Shown: positions 28,401 to 38,030, counted from the first letter of the stretch. The stretch: 64,000 nucleotides of DNA from an uncultured Bdellovibrionales bacterium (GCA_964421085.1 CAYQVO010000014.1:3146-67145), one strand, 5' to 3'. Notes: generated by a model from the sequence alone, not told the origin. Translations and numbers: made by a program.

Positions 28401-28587
28401 CCACATCGCGCTTTCGGTAATTGTGACGAACGGGCAGAAAGAAGCGCTTGAACAGCATAAGCCCTATATATCGGAGCAGACTCTCGCCGATTCGTTTTCT
28501 TTCAGTGTGGACGACAACGCGTCATTCACACAGAAAGTGAAGCTCGGAAGCGAAGAAGTGACTATTGGAATAAGGAAAGTCCGGTAA
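25435..28587 (+). CDS. ileS: Isoleucyl-tRNA synthetase (long, type 2-like)
   Basis: 1050-aa ORF with the HIGH-type motif PHYGHLLTG and the KMSKS-type motif KLSKRL, plus editing-domain and anticodon-binding patterns. Confidence 0.95.
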   Translation: MSVEKPYPDVIQNPGFPAIEEKILNFWKAEKIFEKSVECRPAEKDGKNSEFVFYDGPPFANGLPHYGHLLTGYVKDLIPRYQTMRGKKVERRFGWDCHGLPVEMSSEKELGISGRQQIQEYGIQKFNEYCGTSVLRYTKEWEQYVTRQARWVSFDHDYKTMDISYMESVIWAFKQLWDKGLVYEGFRVMPYSWACETPLSNFEIRMDNAYRAVQDPAVTIMFELEPEQGDPLPLKMLAWTTTPWTLPSNLALAVGAHIDYAIMEEDGVGYIIGEAVLPKYEKEFKKAKKIGSRKGSEFAGRRFKPLFPYFKDRKDAFRIITGDFVSLEEGTGVVHVAPGFGEDDQRICDAEGISLVCPVDNNGRFTSEVTDYSGEHVFDTNKPIIKRLKEERRLVRQEMYTHNYPHCWRTDTPLIYKAVESWYVRVTDFRDRMVQLNQQINWIPTHIKDGQFGKWLENARDWLISRNRFWGAPIPVWKSDDPKYPRIDVYGSLDELERDFGVRPTDLHRPFIDQLVRANPDDPTGKSMMRRVDEVLDCWMESGSMSFAQFHYPFENKEWFESHFPADFIVEYIAQTRGWFYTMMVMATALFDKPPFLNCVCHGVVLDENGQKLSKRLRNYPSPEEVFDTLGSDTLRWFLMSSAILKGNNLQIDREGKAIAEIVRIVLNPIWNAYYFFTLYANTDGIKAELRTDSTQLLDRYILSKTRELIEDVTRLLDEYDIAAACQTIQAFLGALNNWYIRRSRDRFWKSEKDGDKVQAYNTLYTVLHTLTKVAAPFLPLLTEEVYRGLTGELSVHLSDWPDPALFPQERKLVAEMDRVREICSVALSIREANNLRTRLPLKSLTVAGEGLEAARDFAEIIRDEINVKEVRVGSTIGEYAVFQLDLNFRKLGPRLGGRMKEIGDAARQGLWEKKENGIEAGGVLLEPGEYTLSLKPREGYSAQALGDNKAVVVLDIKVTKELEEEGLARDLVRLVQQARKEAGLHISDHIALSVIVTNGQKEALEQHKPYISEQTLADSFSFSVDDNASFTQKVKLGSEEVTIGIRKVR

Positions 28588-30732
28588 GTGAGTCAGGTAG
28601 AGCCCGGAACAGTCGCGTCGGAAGAAGCTTCACTGCAGCTTCATGAGTCCGGCGCCGTAATTCTTTATCTTGCGCGCGATGCCGCGTCGCGTGTGACTCT
28701 GACTTTGCCCCGCATGGAGTCGATTGCGAAGCTCCTCAGGCAGGTGCGGGATCAGAAGCCGTCAGGACTCGTGATTACGAGCACGGGGAACGGGGGCTTC
28801 TGTTCGGGATTTGATGCGAGTGTGAAAGCGTCATTCAGTGATCCGGTCGAAGCGGAAACGCTTGCGTTGAGCGGACAGGAACTTTGCCGGGCGTTTGAGA
28901 CTCTCCCATGCACGACAGTCGCCGCTATTAATGGAGCATGCATCGGAGAAGGGCTGGAACTTGCTCTATCCTGCACATACAGGGTGGCTTCGGGCGACAG
29001 CAGGACGATATTGTCCCTGCCTCATGTGCCGCTTGGAGTTGTGCCTCCTTTCGGCACACTCGGGCGTCTCCCGAAGCTTATCGGCATCAGCCGTTCCCTT
29101 CAGCTTGTTCTTGACGGAAGGGGGCTCAAGCCGGGTGAAGCACTGGCTGCGAATATTGTGGACGAAGTAGTGGCGCAGCAGGCGCTGTTCGATCATGCGG
29201 TGAAAACAGCGTCTGGAGGGCACATCCCGCGTGTGCGCCGCCGTTCCTTCATAAGCCGGCTGATTGATGGGACGGAACTTGGCAGAAAACATCTGCGAAA
29301 ACAGGTCACAAATAAAGTGAGGTGTAATCCCGGGGCTCATCCCGAATCGGCCTCTGCGGCGGTTGAGAGCCTCTTTTCTTCATGCGAACCGTCTTCATCG
29401 TGGCGGCCTGAGCATGACGCCCGGACTTTCGGGAAACTTGCTCTCGGGCAGGAAAGCAAGGCCCTTCTGAGAGTGGCCCAGCTCAAAGATGCGGCGAAAA
29501 AAATAGGCAGCATCGCAGTACGGGATGTGGAGCATGTCCATGCGCTCGTGCTCGGTGCGGGCCGCATGGGTGCCGGAATCACGGCGGCCCTTGCGGTGAA
29601 TGAATGCGCTGTCGTCGTAAAGGACCCCAGTCAGATCCAGCTCAGAAACTGCCTGGAACAGGTGAAGAAACATGTGGCTGGACTATCCGGAATGAGTGAA
29701 GCGGAGAAAAGCTTCGTCCTGAACCGCATAGAAATGACGGCGAGGGACTCCGCAAACTTCGGCAATACCAGCGTTGCTGTCGAAGCAGTTCAGGAGGATT
29801 TGGCTGTGAAAAGCAAAGCTCTGGAAGAGCTCTGCGGCTCGATTCCCGAAGAAGCTGTCATCGCGACTCACACCGCGTCTTATTCAATAACTGCGCTCGC
29901 AGAGGGAGTAATCCGTCCCTCCCGGTTCCTTGGTCTTCACTTTTTTCCTCCCGCTGAGACCCATGAACTCGTTGAAGTGATAATGGGCGGGCAGACAGGG
30001 AACAGAGCTATTGCCGTGGCGACAGCTCTGGTGTGCAAGATGGGCAAGTTCCCGATAGTTGTGCGTGATGTCCCCGGGTTCCTCGTTTTCAGAGTGATGA
30101 ACGCTTTTTTCCAGGAGGCATTTCAGCTCCTGCACGAGGGCTTTTCTCCGGGAGACATCGACAATGCGGCGGCGCATTTCGGTTTCGTGTCCGGCCCGTT
30201 CGCAATGCTTGATTTGCTCGGTCTTGATTCGGCATCGGAGTTCCTTGAGGCACTGACAGTCGAGCATGGTGATCAGCTCAGGACGCACCCTTTCTGCAGG
30301 ATTCTTGCGAAACTTGGCAGAAAAGGCCTGAAGACAGGTGCCGGGTTCTATGATTACGGGCGCAATGGAGCCCGGGATTTTCCCGGTCTTCGCGCAGCCC
30401 TTAATATCCCGGCTCCTCACAAACCGGTGACCGAGCCTCAGCTGATCGAGGACCGTCTGGTATTTGCTCTTGTAAACGAGGCGGTTGATGCAATGGATCA
30501 TGAGATTGCCGGAAAACCGGGTCCTGAGGCTGCAAACCAGATTGATCTCGGGCTCGTGCTAGGCGGCGGATTCCCTGCACTGAAAGGGGGTCCTCTTTAC
30601 TGGGCCCAGACACTCGGCGCCGATGTTCTTCTGGAGACACTCAAGAAGCTCGAAGTCAAGCACGGGACGAGGTTCAAGGCATCAGAAGGTATCGTGAAAA
30701 GGGCCCGAAGCGGGCAGAGTTTCATCGCCTGA
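28588..30732 (+). CDS. Bifunctional enoyl-CoA hydratase / 3-hydroxyacyl-CoA dehydrogenase (FadB/FadJ-like)
   Basis: 714-aa ORF with a GTG start directly after the ileS stop. Crotonase motifs are GGFCSGFD and AAINGACIGEGLELAL. The NAD-binding motif is VLGAGRMGAGIT. Confidence 0.8.
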   Translation: MSQVEPGTVASEEASLQLHESGAVILYLARDAASRVTLTLPRMESIAKLLRQVRDQKPSGLVITSTGNGGFCSGFDASVKASFSDPVEAETLALSGQELCRAFETLPCTTVAAINGACIGEGLELALSCTYRVASGDSRTILSLPHVPLGVVPPFGTLGRLPKLIGISRSLQLVLDGRGLKPGEALAANIVDEVVAQQALFDHAVKTASGGHIPRVRRRSFISRLIDGTELGRKHLRKQVTNKVRCNPGAHPESASAAVESLFSSCEPSSSWRPEHDARTFGKLALGQESKALLRVAQLKDAAKKIGSIAVRDVEHVHALVLGAGRMGAGITAALAVNECAVVVKDPSQIQLRNCLEQVKKHVAGLSGMSEAEKSFVLNRIEMTARDSANFGNTSVAVEAVQEDLAVKSKALEELCGSIPEEAVIATHTASYSITALAEGVIRPSRFLGLHFFPPAETHELVEVIMGGQTGNRAIAVATALVCKMGKFPIVVRDVPGFLVFRVMNAFFQEAFQLLHEGFSPGDIDNAAAHFGFVSGPFAMLDLLGLDSASEFLEALTVEHGDQLRTHPFCRILAKLGRKGLKTGAGFYDYGRNGARDFPGLRAALNIPAPHKPVTEPQLIEDRLVFALVNEAVDAMDHEIAGKPGPEAANQIDLGLVLGGGFPALKGGPLYWAQTLGADVLLETLKKLEVKHGTRFKASEGIVKRARSGQSFIA

Positions 30733-30788
30733 GGGCGCGAACCGGGGAGCATCGGGTTCCCGTTGCCGGCGAACCATGCTTTCAAGTA

Positions 30789-31196
30789 TTACTTTTCAGA
30801 AGTCAGATAATGAATATATCTGCAGGCATCGCTTGTGGTGAAGATGCCTGCGACATGATCATGCTCGTCCGCAACCAGAACGCATTCGATATGCCGGTCC
30901 GCCATTTCAAGGGCAACACTGGAGATTAAGGTATCAGAAGAAACTATATAGGGTTCCTTTTCGCACACCTCTCCCGCCGTCAACTTCGCTGATTTCGTCG
31001 TGGCAAAAACACTTGCCAGCCTTGCCTCGACTTCAGACAGAACACCGAGCAATTCACCATTTCTCGTTACAGGCAGATGGCGTATATGCTGGAGTTCCAT
31101 CACCTTTACAGCTTCGTCAACCGGCGATGTGTCGGCTATCATACGCGGGCAAGGCGTCATGAATTCGCTGATTTTTTTTATTTGTGAACTATCCAT
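30789..31196 (-). CDS. CBS-domain pair protein
   Basis: 135-aa ORF with two CBS-like repeats (IRHLPVTRNGELLGVLS; ECVLVADEHDHVAGIFTTSD). Confidence 0.75.
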   Translation of the reverse strand: MDSSQIKKISEFMTPCPRMIADTSPVDEAVKVMELQHIRHLPVTRNGELLGVLSEVEARLASVFATTKSAKLTAGEVCEKEPYIVSSDTLISSVALEMADRHIECVLVADEHDHVAGIFTTSDACRYIHYLTSEK

Positions 31197-31232
31197 TGTC
31201 GACCTTCCTCTGATTGTATGTCCGAGGCGCCG

Positions 31233-33404
31233 TTATGTGCAAGGAATTGTTCGGGCCGGGGCGGAAATTCGACGCTTCGCGATACGGGTGGAACATGTTT
31301 TCGCCCCTGTATCCACATTCACAATGGTCGCAGTCTCATTGCCGAAGATATCCACGACCTTGACGGCTATCTTTCGATTCCCGGGCATGCATTCGCAGAA
31401 AGCGCTTTTCAATTCCAGTGCGCGGTCTTTTCTGGTCCGGAAGCTCTGCCATCCGTTTTGAAAGACATAATCTCCCGTCCATCGTTCTTCCCACTCACCA
31501 GTCTCTTCATTCTTCATCCGGACAATATCACGTCTGCTCCCGTAATCGAAGTCGACAGACCAGTAATCAATCCAGTCGGCCCAGTTCTTTGTAAGTGCTT
31601 CCCTGGTGACGATATGATCGTCTTTTCTGTTTACCTTTATGATCTGCCCGTTTTCGACGACCATCCGGCTGCCGCTATTCCGCCCTGCCGTCTCGACACC
31701 GGCTATCGAGTCCTGAGAATAAAAAACCGAGAAATTTTCGAGCTCGACGGCCAGAGCCGGGGGTTCGCCGCGTTTTCCTTTGCGCATGTGCGCCTTAACT
31801 TCGATAAATGCAGCATCGTAGAATACCAGATGGTTTCTCTCCACCGCGCGCTTGTCGAAAACTTCGGAAGGTATGTACCTGGGCGAAATGTCGATTCCTT
31901 CTCTCCTCGCCTGATCAAGAACGGCGGGGAAAAGCCCCGTCTCGAACTCGAAGCCCAGCATATCCGCCTTCATAATGTTCTTATTTCGGCATTCCTTTAT
32001 GATCTCCTCGACAAGCAGCCGCGTTACGGGGAGACATACTGGTCCCACAGCCACCAGTCGCCCGGCCCTTTCCCCCTGGAAAGCGGCGTAGCCGGCGGTT
32101 TTTGCGGCACCGTAGGCGTGAAGAATCAGATCGATAACTGCAGCTTCTTTTTCATGGACGTCGATGTAATGCCTGCGCTCGTATTTTCCGGGGGAAAGGA
32201 TTTCAAACGCCCGGAAATCCCGGGCTTCCGCCTTCATTTCGCGCTGCACACCGATCATTCGCTTGCGGGTGGTGTGAACAGCGAATTTCCCTGAATCACA
32301 GGCAATCCACTTTCGCCCTGTCTTCTCCGCGACGGCCGCCATTGTGCCGGAGCCGCAGAAGAAGTCGGCAACGAGATCCCCCTCGTTGCTTGACGACTTG
32401 ATTATCCGTTCGAGAAGAGCTTCAGGCTTCTGCGTCGGATAGCCCGACCTTTCGCTCGACATGGGAGGAAGCGCAGGAATATCCCACCAGTCTTCCGGAA
32501 TTTTCCCAAGTTCATTTGGCAGGTACACCTTGTTGCCGATCTTCACCCCTTTGCCTGATGTCTGGTAGCCTCCCGTCCCCACGTACGGGATGCGGACAGG
32601 ATCGGCGTTGAAACAGTGAGATCTGCCTTTCCTGAACCAGTACAGGGTCTCGTGCTTCTGCCCGAAGGTGTCTGTCGCCCGTCCTCCCTGGCGATAGCAC
32701 CATATCACTTCATTGAGGATATTTTCGGCGCCAAATATCTCGTTTAACACCAGGCGTATCAGGGAATTCACGCGATAATCGCAGTGCACGTAGATGGTGC
32801 CGTCCTCCGCCAGAAGATCGCGCATCAGCACCAGCCGTTCGTAGATCATACTGATGAACGAGTCAGTGCCTCTGCCCCAGGAATCACGGTACGCAATCTT
32901 CCCGGCGAAAGTCTCATCCCCTATCTCGATGTTCATGAGAAAATCCGAACCGACATCGAACGGCGGATCGATGTAAATAAGCTTGAGACCTCCCTGCTTT
33001 TCAATGTCCTCGCGCATCGGGCCGTTTTTCAGGGATGAGAGAATGAGCTTGTTGTCGCCCCGGATGAGTTTGTTGGTCCATCCCGTACACCGGCGCCCGC
33101 GTTCATCCACATGCTCGATGATCTGAAAGGGCAAGACGGTATTGCAGACCTCAGGCGTTTTGCCATTCCACACAAGCTCCACATCGCGCCTGTCGGCGAA
33201 CAGGAGAAAGCGATACTCGTCCGGAAGTGGCCTGCTTTCTTCCAGACATCGCATGATTTCCTTTATCTGGTCGCTCGTAAGCCGCATATCTCCGCCTATT
33301 CCTGAATTATCGCCGCTCCGCCGGTGCTGGTTGCAGTGTTGATACGTCCCCTGCACGGGCGTCCGTGCTGATGGAGAGATTGAAGGGGCTTCGGCACCCT
33401 TCAT
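31233..33404 (-). CDS. Mod-type (beta-class) N6-adenine/N4-cytosine DNA methyltransferase with a long C-terminal domain; no adjacent restriction gene
   Basis: 723-aa ORF with the N-terminal ELVWNGK motif, motif IV IYIDPPFDVGSDF, motif I FFCGSGTMAAVA and the C-terminal KVVDIFGNE block. The likely true start is the ATG at 33287 (MRLTSDQIKEI). Confidence 0.85.
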   Translation of the reverse strand: MKGAEAPSISPSARTPVQGTYQHCNQHRRSGDNSGIGGDMRLTSDQIKEIMRCLEESRPLPDEYRFLLFADRRDVELVWNGKTPEVCNTVLPFQIIEHVDERGRRCTGWTNKLIRGDNKLILSSLKNGPMREDIEKQGGLKLIYIDPPFDVGSDFLMNIEIGDETFAGKIAYRDSWGRGTDSFISMIYERLVLMRDLLAEDGTIYVHCDYRVNSLIRLVLNEIFGAENILNEVIWCYRQGGRATDTFGQKHETLYWFRKGRSHCFNADPVRIPYVGTGGYQTSGKGVKIGNKVYLPNELGKIPEDWWDIPALPPMSSERSGYPTQKPEALLERIIKSSSNEGDLVADFFCGSGTMAAVAEKTGRKWIACDSGKFAVHTTRKRMIGVQREMKAEARDFRAFEILSPGKYERRHYIDVHEKEAAVIDLILHAYGAAKTAGYAAFQGERAGRLVAVGPVCLPVTRLLVEEIIKECRNKNIMKADMLGFEFETGLFPAVLDQARREGIDISPRYIPSEVFDKRAVERNHLVFYDAAFIEVKAHMRKGKRGEPPALAVELENFSVFYSQDSIAGVETAGRNSGSRMVVENGQIIKVNRKDDHIVTREALTKNWADWIDYWSVDFDYGSRRDIVRMKNEETGEWEERWTGDYVFQNGWQSFRTRKDRALELKSAFCECMPGNRKIAVKVVDIFGNETATIVNVDTGAKTCSTRIAKRRISAPARTIPCT

Positions 33405-33424
33405 TATTTCCGCAGCAAAGTTCG

Positions 33425-34483
33425 TTACCGTTTTCCGGCGACACGGCTTTGCTGATAACTTTCCTGATAATTCACCAGTTCCACACGGCGGTTTTCAGCC
33501 CTCCCCTCTTCTGTCTCGTTTGTAGCGACTGGCGCCGCGAAGGAAGCGCCGAAAGGATGAAGTCTGTCCTTTGCGATCCCGCGCGCCGAAAGAGCGTTGA
33601 TAACCGCCGCAGCTCTTTTTGCGGAGAGCTCTCTGTTGAATTCGAAACCGCCCACCGCGTCCGTATGACCCACTATGAGAGCTTTCATCGCGGGAGAGTC
33701 CCTGAGAAGCTTTGCCATCTCCTGCAGCGTCGCATCTGATTCGGGCTTCACATCAGCTTTGTTGAAGTCGAAATAGATCCCGTAAAGAGCGACTTTGCCT
33801 GCTGCGCCGAGCTGCTGCGCCATTTCGGCGGCGGTAATTTTGACCATCCGGTCATCCATCGGCCTGGTCTCTATGACATCCACCCGGGCCAGAACCTGAC
33901 CTGCCGCAAGTACACTGTCCTTCCAGCTCGACGGAGTGGCGCCCGTGAATACGGTGACATAGATGTCTCCTTCGGGCCGGGCCTTCTTCATCGCGATGTA
34001 CCGATAGTCGTCGGCGGATGCCAGGGTGTATTTCTGTTTATCGTAATCAACCTCCGATGTGTACACCTGATTCATGAACCGCCCGTATCCATTATCAAGC
34101 TCCTCTTTGCTCCCGCTGAAGAGAACCTCGAATCCTTTTCCCTTGAGATCGTTCTCGTAGTTCTTTATCGCTTCAAGTGTCGAAGCGTCGGGGGGCATTC
34201 TGTAGAAACCGGTAGTCCGCGCTCCTTCAACCTTGAGCCGCTTCCAGTCGTTGAACTTCTGCGCTTTATAATCGAAGACAACCCGCTCGGCCGGGATTGT
34301 GAACTCGTCGAAGTTCTTCTGTTTGTATCTCAGGATGATTGAACCTTCGAAGCGTTTGAGAAGAGGGTGATCTTTCGAACCTGCGACGTCCTTGTTCGTA
34401 TCCGGCTTGTCTGCCGCAAGCGCTATCGGCCCGCCTGCTGTCAAAAGAATGAGCGCAACTGCCGCGGACAGTAATCTTTTCAT
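33425..34483 (-). CDS. OmpA-family protein (N-terminal DUF4892-like domain + OmpA_C peptidoglycan-binding domain)
   Basis: 352-aa ORF with a signal peptide. The OmpA_C motifs are IVGHTDAVGGFEFNRELSAKRAAAV and NRRVEL. Confidence 0.8.
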   Translation of the reverse strand: MKRLLSAAVALILLTAGGPIALAADKPDTNKDVAGSKDHPLLKRFEGSIILRYKQKNFDEFTIPAERVVFDYKAQKFNDWKRLKVEGARTTGFYRMPPDASTLEAIKNYENDLKGKGFEVLFSGSKEELDNGYGRFMNQVYTSEVDYDKQKYTLASADDYRYIAMKKARPEGDIYVTVFTGATPSSWKDSVLAAGQVLARVDVIETRPMDDRMVKITAAEMAQQLGAAGKVALYGIYFDFNKADVKPESDATLQEMAKLLRDSPAMKALIVGHTDAVGGFEFNRELSAKRAAAVINALSARGIAKDRLHPFGASFAAPVATNETEEGRAENRRVELVNYQESYQQSRVAGKR

Positions 34484-34551
34484 GGGTCTTCCTTTTTTGA
34501 ATAGAGGGCTATAGTGTCCGACAGCCGCTACGTAGTGTCAATTGCGGCGCT

Positions 34552-34941
34552 CTAAGCGGCCCGCTTTTTATCGAGCTTCCACTTCTTTTCGAGCCTTTCA
34601 AGCGCTCCGCCGTGGGCCTGTTCGGCCTGGTCGATTATCTGCGCCAGAGTGAACTGCCCGTCTTCGTCCAGGGTGGAAGGATTTGGCAGCTGCGCAAGAA
34701 TACCGAAACAGATCTCGCGCTCATCTACCAGATATTTCGCTGCGCGGGAAAGTTTGAGCGAAACATCGAGAATATCGAAGACTACGTTATGCTCAACGGC
34801 TGCTTTGAAACTGTTTGAGAGTTCTTTTACAACCCGGTGAATGAGACCAGGGAATATTTCTCCGGGATAATTGGCAATACCGTAGCACCACCCGTCGATC
34901 TCAACAGCGAAAATCTCTTCAAAACTTGCGGTATCCGACAT
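34552..34941 (-). CDS. Hypothetical small acidic protein
   Basis: 129-aa ORF. No motif recognised. Co-directional with, and 29 nt downstream of, the 401-aa ORF. Confidence 0.45.
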   Translation of the reverse strand: MSDTASFEEIFAVEIDGWCYGIANYPGEIFPGLIHRVVKELSNSFKAAVEHNVVFDILDVSLKLSRAAKYLVDEREICFGILAQLPNPSTLDEDGQFTLAQIIDQAEQAHGGALERLEKKWKLDKKRAA

Positions 34942-34970
34942 GCTCTTCTTTCAACCTGAAAAATTCATCT

Positions 34971-36176
34971 TCAGCCTGTCCATTCCACTAACTCACGATC
35001 CTGCAGAGAATCCTTTATCTGCTTGAACAGATGGTGAAGGTTAGATTCTGGATCGGCAGATTTCTCAATCAACGCCGCCAGTTCTCCCTTGAGGGACTGC
35101 ATCTTAGCTATCGCCTGCTGATCCAGGCCCTTGTCCATGATGTAATTCACGGCATCATAAAGAACGGGAAGGTATTGTACAAGCAGCAGCGTATCGCAGT
35201 CTTCCTCCGTGACAAGCCCGCCCTTCTTCCTCCGGTTCTGAACGAGCTGCTGGAACTGCAGGACTTCCGCCGCAATTTCGGAAGCATCTCTTCCAACTTC
35301 CTGGGCCCGTCTCTGAGCGATATACGGAACAATATCGACAACCCCGTCCAGAAGGTGTTCGAGACCTTCGCTGTCCTGCAGAAAACCGAATTCCGACTGG
35401 TTTCGAAGTTCGGTCGCAAAGCCTGTATCGACATCGGCCGCAAGGAACTCGACCTGGGCTTCTTCGACGGCCCTGTCCTCCTGCAACTCGCGCAGTGACT
35501 GTTCTTCCGCAAGGAGGAACTTAATCCTCTCCTGCAGAGCTTCTTCGACGCTCTTTTCACCTGAAATCTCGCCGCCGTACCCTGTTTCTTCCTTGACTTC
35601 CTCAAGCGTCTTGGAGCCTTTCTGAAGACCGGCGAGCTGCCTGTTATTGAGAAGCATTGCGAGGAGTTCCTGGCGGTAATCTGCAAGACTGTGATCGAAA
35701 GCGCCGTGATTATGACGGCTGACACGGTATCTCTGTCCGTTTTGAAGCGCCTCGGCACGTGCCTGAAGCTTGCCCCGCACGATTTCGCGCTTCATCTCCT
35801 TCAACATGCCCGCGTCTATATGCGCCGGCATTTTTCCGGTTCTTTCGGCGTGAGCCACTGCTGCATCAACCGCGCTTAATTTAACCTTGTCGTCGAGCCC
35901 GAATTTCTTTGCGACTTCGATGTTGTTTTTGCACTCATCGACGGTCTGCCGCATGTCATGAATTATGCTCTTTGAAACTTTCGTTTCAGCGGCAACCGCC
36001 GGATCGCTGGAATGGATTTCTTTCAGTGCGCCGGGGCTCAGCTTAATCTGCTGATGATCCAGAGCTTCAGCCGGCTTCTCTATTGAAGTCGAAGTCGCTG
36101 TTCTGGTCCTTTCCATTGTATCTGCCATAGTGCTCTGGAAACCCCTGCTTCGTCGCCTGTTATGGATTTTTTCCAA
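34971..36176 (-). CDS. Hypothetical helical / coiled-coil protein
   Basis: 401-aa ORF with a TTG start; the alternative ATG gives MADTMERT. It is rich in E/Q/L/K heptad-like stretches, with no signal peptide and no TM. Confidence 0.5.
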   Translation of the reverse strand: MEKIHNRRRSRGFQSTMADTMERTRTATSTSIEKPAEALDHQQIKLSPGALKEIHSSDPAVAAETKVSKSIIHDMRQTVDECKNNIEVAKKFGLDDKVKLSAVDAAVAHAERTGKMPAHIDAGMLKEMKREIVRGKLQARAEALQNGQRYRVSRHNHGAFDHSLADYRQELLAMLLNNRQLAGLQKGSKTLEEVKEETGYGGEISGEKSVEEALQERIKFLLAEEQSLRELQEDRAVEEAQVEFLAADVDTGFATELRNQSEFGFLQDSEGLEHLLDGVVDIVPYIAQRRAQEVGRDASEIAAEVLQFQQLVQNRRKKGGLVTEEDCDTLLLVQYLPVLYDAVNYIMDKGLDQQAIAKMQSLKGELAALIEKSADPESNLHHLFKQIKDSLQDRELVEWTG

Positions 36177-36297
36177 AAACCAGGCTCATTTAGTCCCGCC
36201 ATGTGTACATAAGTGGCGAAATATTATAACCAATAATATCAAGCCACTGACGGTCGGGAACTTGTCTTCTGCCTATTTATCTTCGTAAGGAGAGAAC

Positions 36298-38016
36298 TTG
36301 GTTCAGTTAAACCTCATAAAATCTATCGCCGAGGCGACAAATCTCGATCCCGGGCAGGTGGCCAAAGTGCTTGTAAGAACTAGAGATTTAGCCTTTGGAG
36401 ACTTTGCATTTCCCTGTTTTATGGCGTCAAAAAATCTCCGGACCTCCCCCGCTGAATGCGCAAAGAAGCTTGAACAGAATTTAAGGCTTCCCGAAGGCAT
36501 TTCAAAGGTTGAGGCTGTCGGGCCTTACCTGAACTTTTTCTGCGATACAGCAGCCATGGCCCGGGAGCTTATCCCCCGTGCGCTCGGAGAAAAGACCGCG
36601 ATTGGGAAAAAACCTCAGACCGACCGCACGATCGTCATTGATTATTTCGCGCCCAATATCGCCAAGACGCTTCATGTCGGGCACCTCCGTACGACATTCA
36701 TCGGCGCCTCACTCTACCGACTGTTCCGCCATCTCGGATACCAGGTAATCGGTGTGAATCACCTCGGAGACTGGGGCACACAGTTCGGCTTTGTGTTCGC
36801 AGGGTGTGAAATATGGGGAAAGCCGGAAAATGCGACGGTAGATTCGCTCGTTGATCTGTATGTACGCGCTTCGGCACTGCGGAAGGCGCAGGAAGCGGGC
36901 AGTGTTCAGGAAGCAGACTGCGACAAACCCGATGTCAATCTCATGGCGCGGGACTATTTCAGGCGGCTTGAGGACGATGATCCCGATGCGCATGCCTTCT
37001 GGCAGTGGTGTCTTGATATTTCGCTGCAGTATTTTCAGGAGAATCTGGATCGCCTGGGCATACACTTCGATTATCATACCGGCGAATCATTTTACCGCGG
37101 CATGATTGGAGACATTGAGCGGAAAATCAAAGAAAGCGGGATTCTCGAGAATTCCCGGGGTGCGCTCGGAGTTGAGCTTGGAAAAGAGCTTGGCTTTGTG
37201 AGGGTATTTGCCGAAGACGGCCGTTCGCTTTATATCACCCGCGATATTGCCGCCGCAGTTTACAGGACAGAGACATTCAAGCCGGAAAAGATACTATATG
37301 TAGTGGCGGCTCAGCAGACTCTTCACTTCAAGCAGCTCGTTGAACTTCTGAGGCGCATGAAGCACCCCGCAGGTGAGAAAGTGATTCATGTACCATTCGG
37401 GTTTGTGCCGGGAATGAAAACACGCGAAGGGGGAGGAATTTCCCTTAAAGGCTTCCTGGACGAGGCACACCGGCGCGCTCTCGACACGTACCGGGAAGAG
37501 GTGGAAAAGCGGCCTGAAGGACTGGATGAGGAATCAATAGCGGAATCTGTGGCGATTGGAGCGACTTATTTCTATTTTCTGAGCCACAGCAACATCAAAG
37601 ATTTTCAGTTCAGCTGGAAAGAGGCCCTCACTTTTCATGGCGACTCCGGCCCTTATGTTCAGTATGCTCTGGCGCGGATCAACAGTATCGAGACCAAAGC
37701 AGCTGAAGCCGGCATTACTGAGACCATGGAATTCAACGAAAAGCTGCTCGATGGGCCTCTTGAACATGAGCTTTTGAGTATTCTTTCGCAGTTTGACGAG
37801 GCGCTCGCGAAAACAGCCGCAGATTATGAGCCCTATCACATTGCTTTATACTGCCTTGATTTGGCAAAATCAGTGTCGAAGGCGTACAGAGCCCTTCGGG
37901 TGGTCGGTGAGGAAGCTGAACTGGCGCGAAGCCGGCTTGCTCTCTTTCTTGCCTGCAAGTATGTATTACATACCGGGCTGACACTTATAGGAGTGCCGGC
38001 CGTAGAACGGATGTAG
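36298..38016 (+). CDS. argS: Arginyl-tRNA synthetase
   Basis: 572-aa ORF with a TTG start. The HIGH motif is TLHVGHLRT, and the C-terminal DALR-type anticodon-binding domain ends in ERM. Confidence 0.93.
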   Translation: MVQLNLIKSIAEATNLDPGQVAKVLVRTRDLAFGDFAFPCFMASKNLRTSPAECAKKLEQNLRLPEGISKVEAVGPYLNFFCDTAAMARELIPRALGEKTAIGKKPQTDRTIVIDYFAPNIAKTLHVGHLRTTFIGASLYRLFRHLGYQVIGVNHLGDWGTQFGFVFAGCEIWGKPENATVDSLVDLYVRASALRKAQEAGSVQEADCDKPDVNLMARDYFRRLEDDDPDAHAFWQWCLDISLQYFQENLDRLGIHFDYHTGESFYRGMIGDIERKIKESGILENSRGALGVELGKELGFVRVFAEDGRSLYITRDIAAAVYRTETFKPEKILYVVAAQQTLHFKQLVELLRRMKHPAGEKVIHVPFGFVPGMKTREGGGISLKGFLDEAHRRALDTYREEVEKRPEGLDEESIAESVAIGATYFYFLSHSNIKDFQFSWKEALTFHGDSGPYVQYALARINSIETKAAEAGITETMEFNEKLLDGPLEHELLSILSQFDEALAKTAADYEPYHIALYCLDLAKSVSKAYRALRVVGEEAELARSRLALFLACKYVLHTGLTLIGVPAVERM

Positions 38017-38030
38017 GCGAAAATTTTTTT

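Noticed and set aside
31218-32294. 358-aa plus-strand ORF
   Set aside because: It is antisense to the DNA methyltransferase gene, whose motifs are unambiguous. No RBS or domain.
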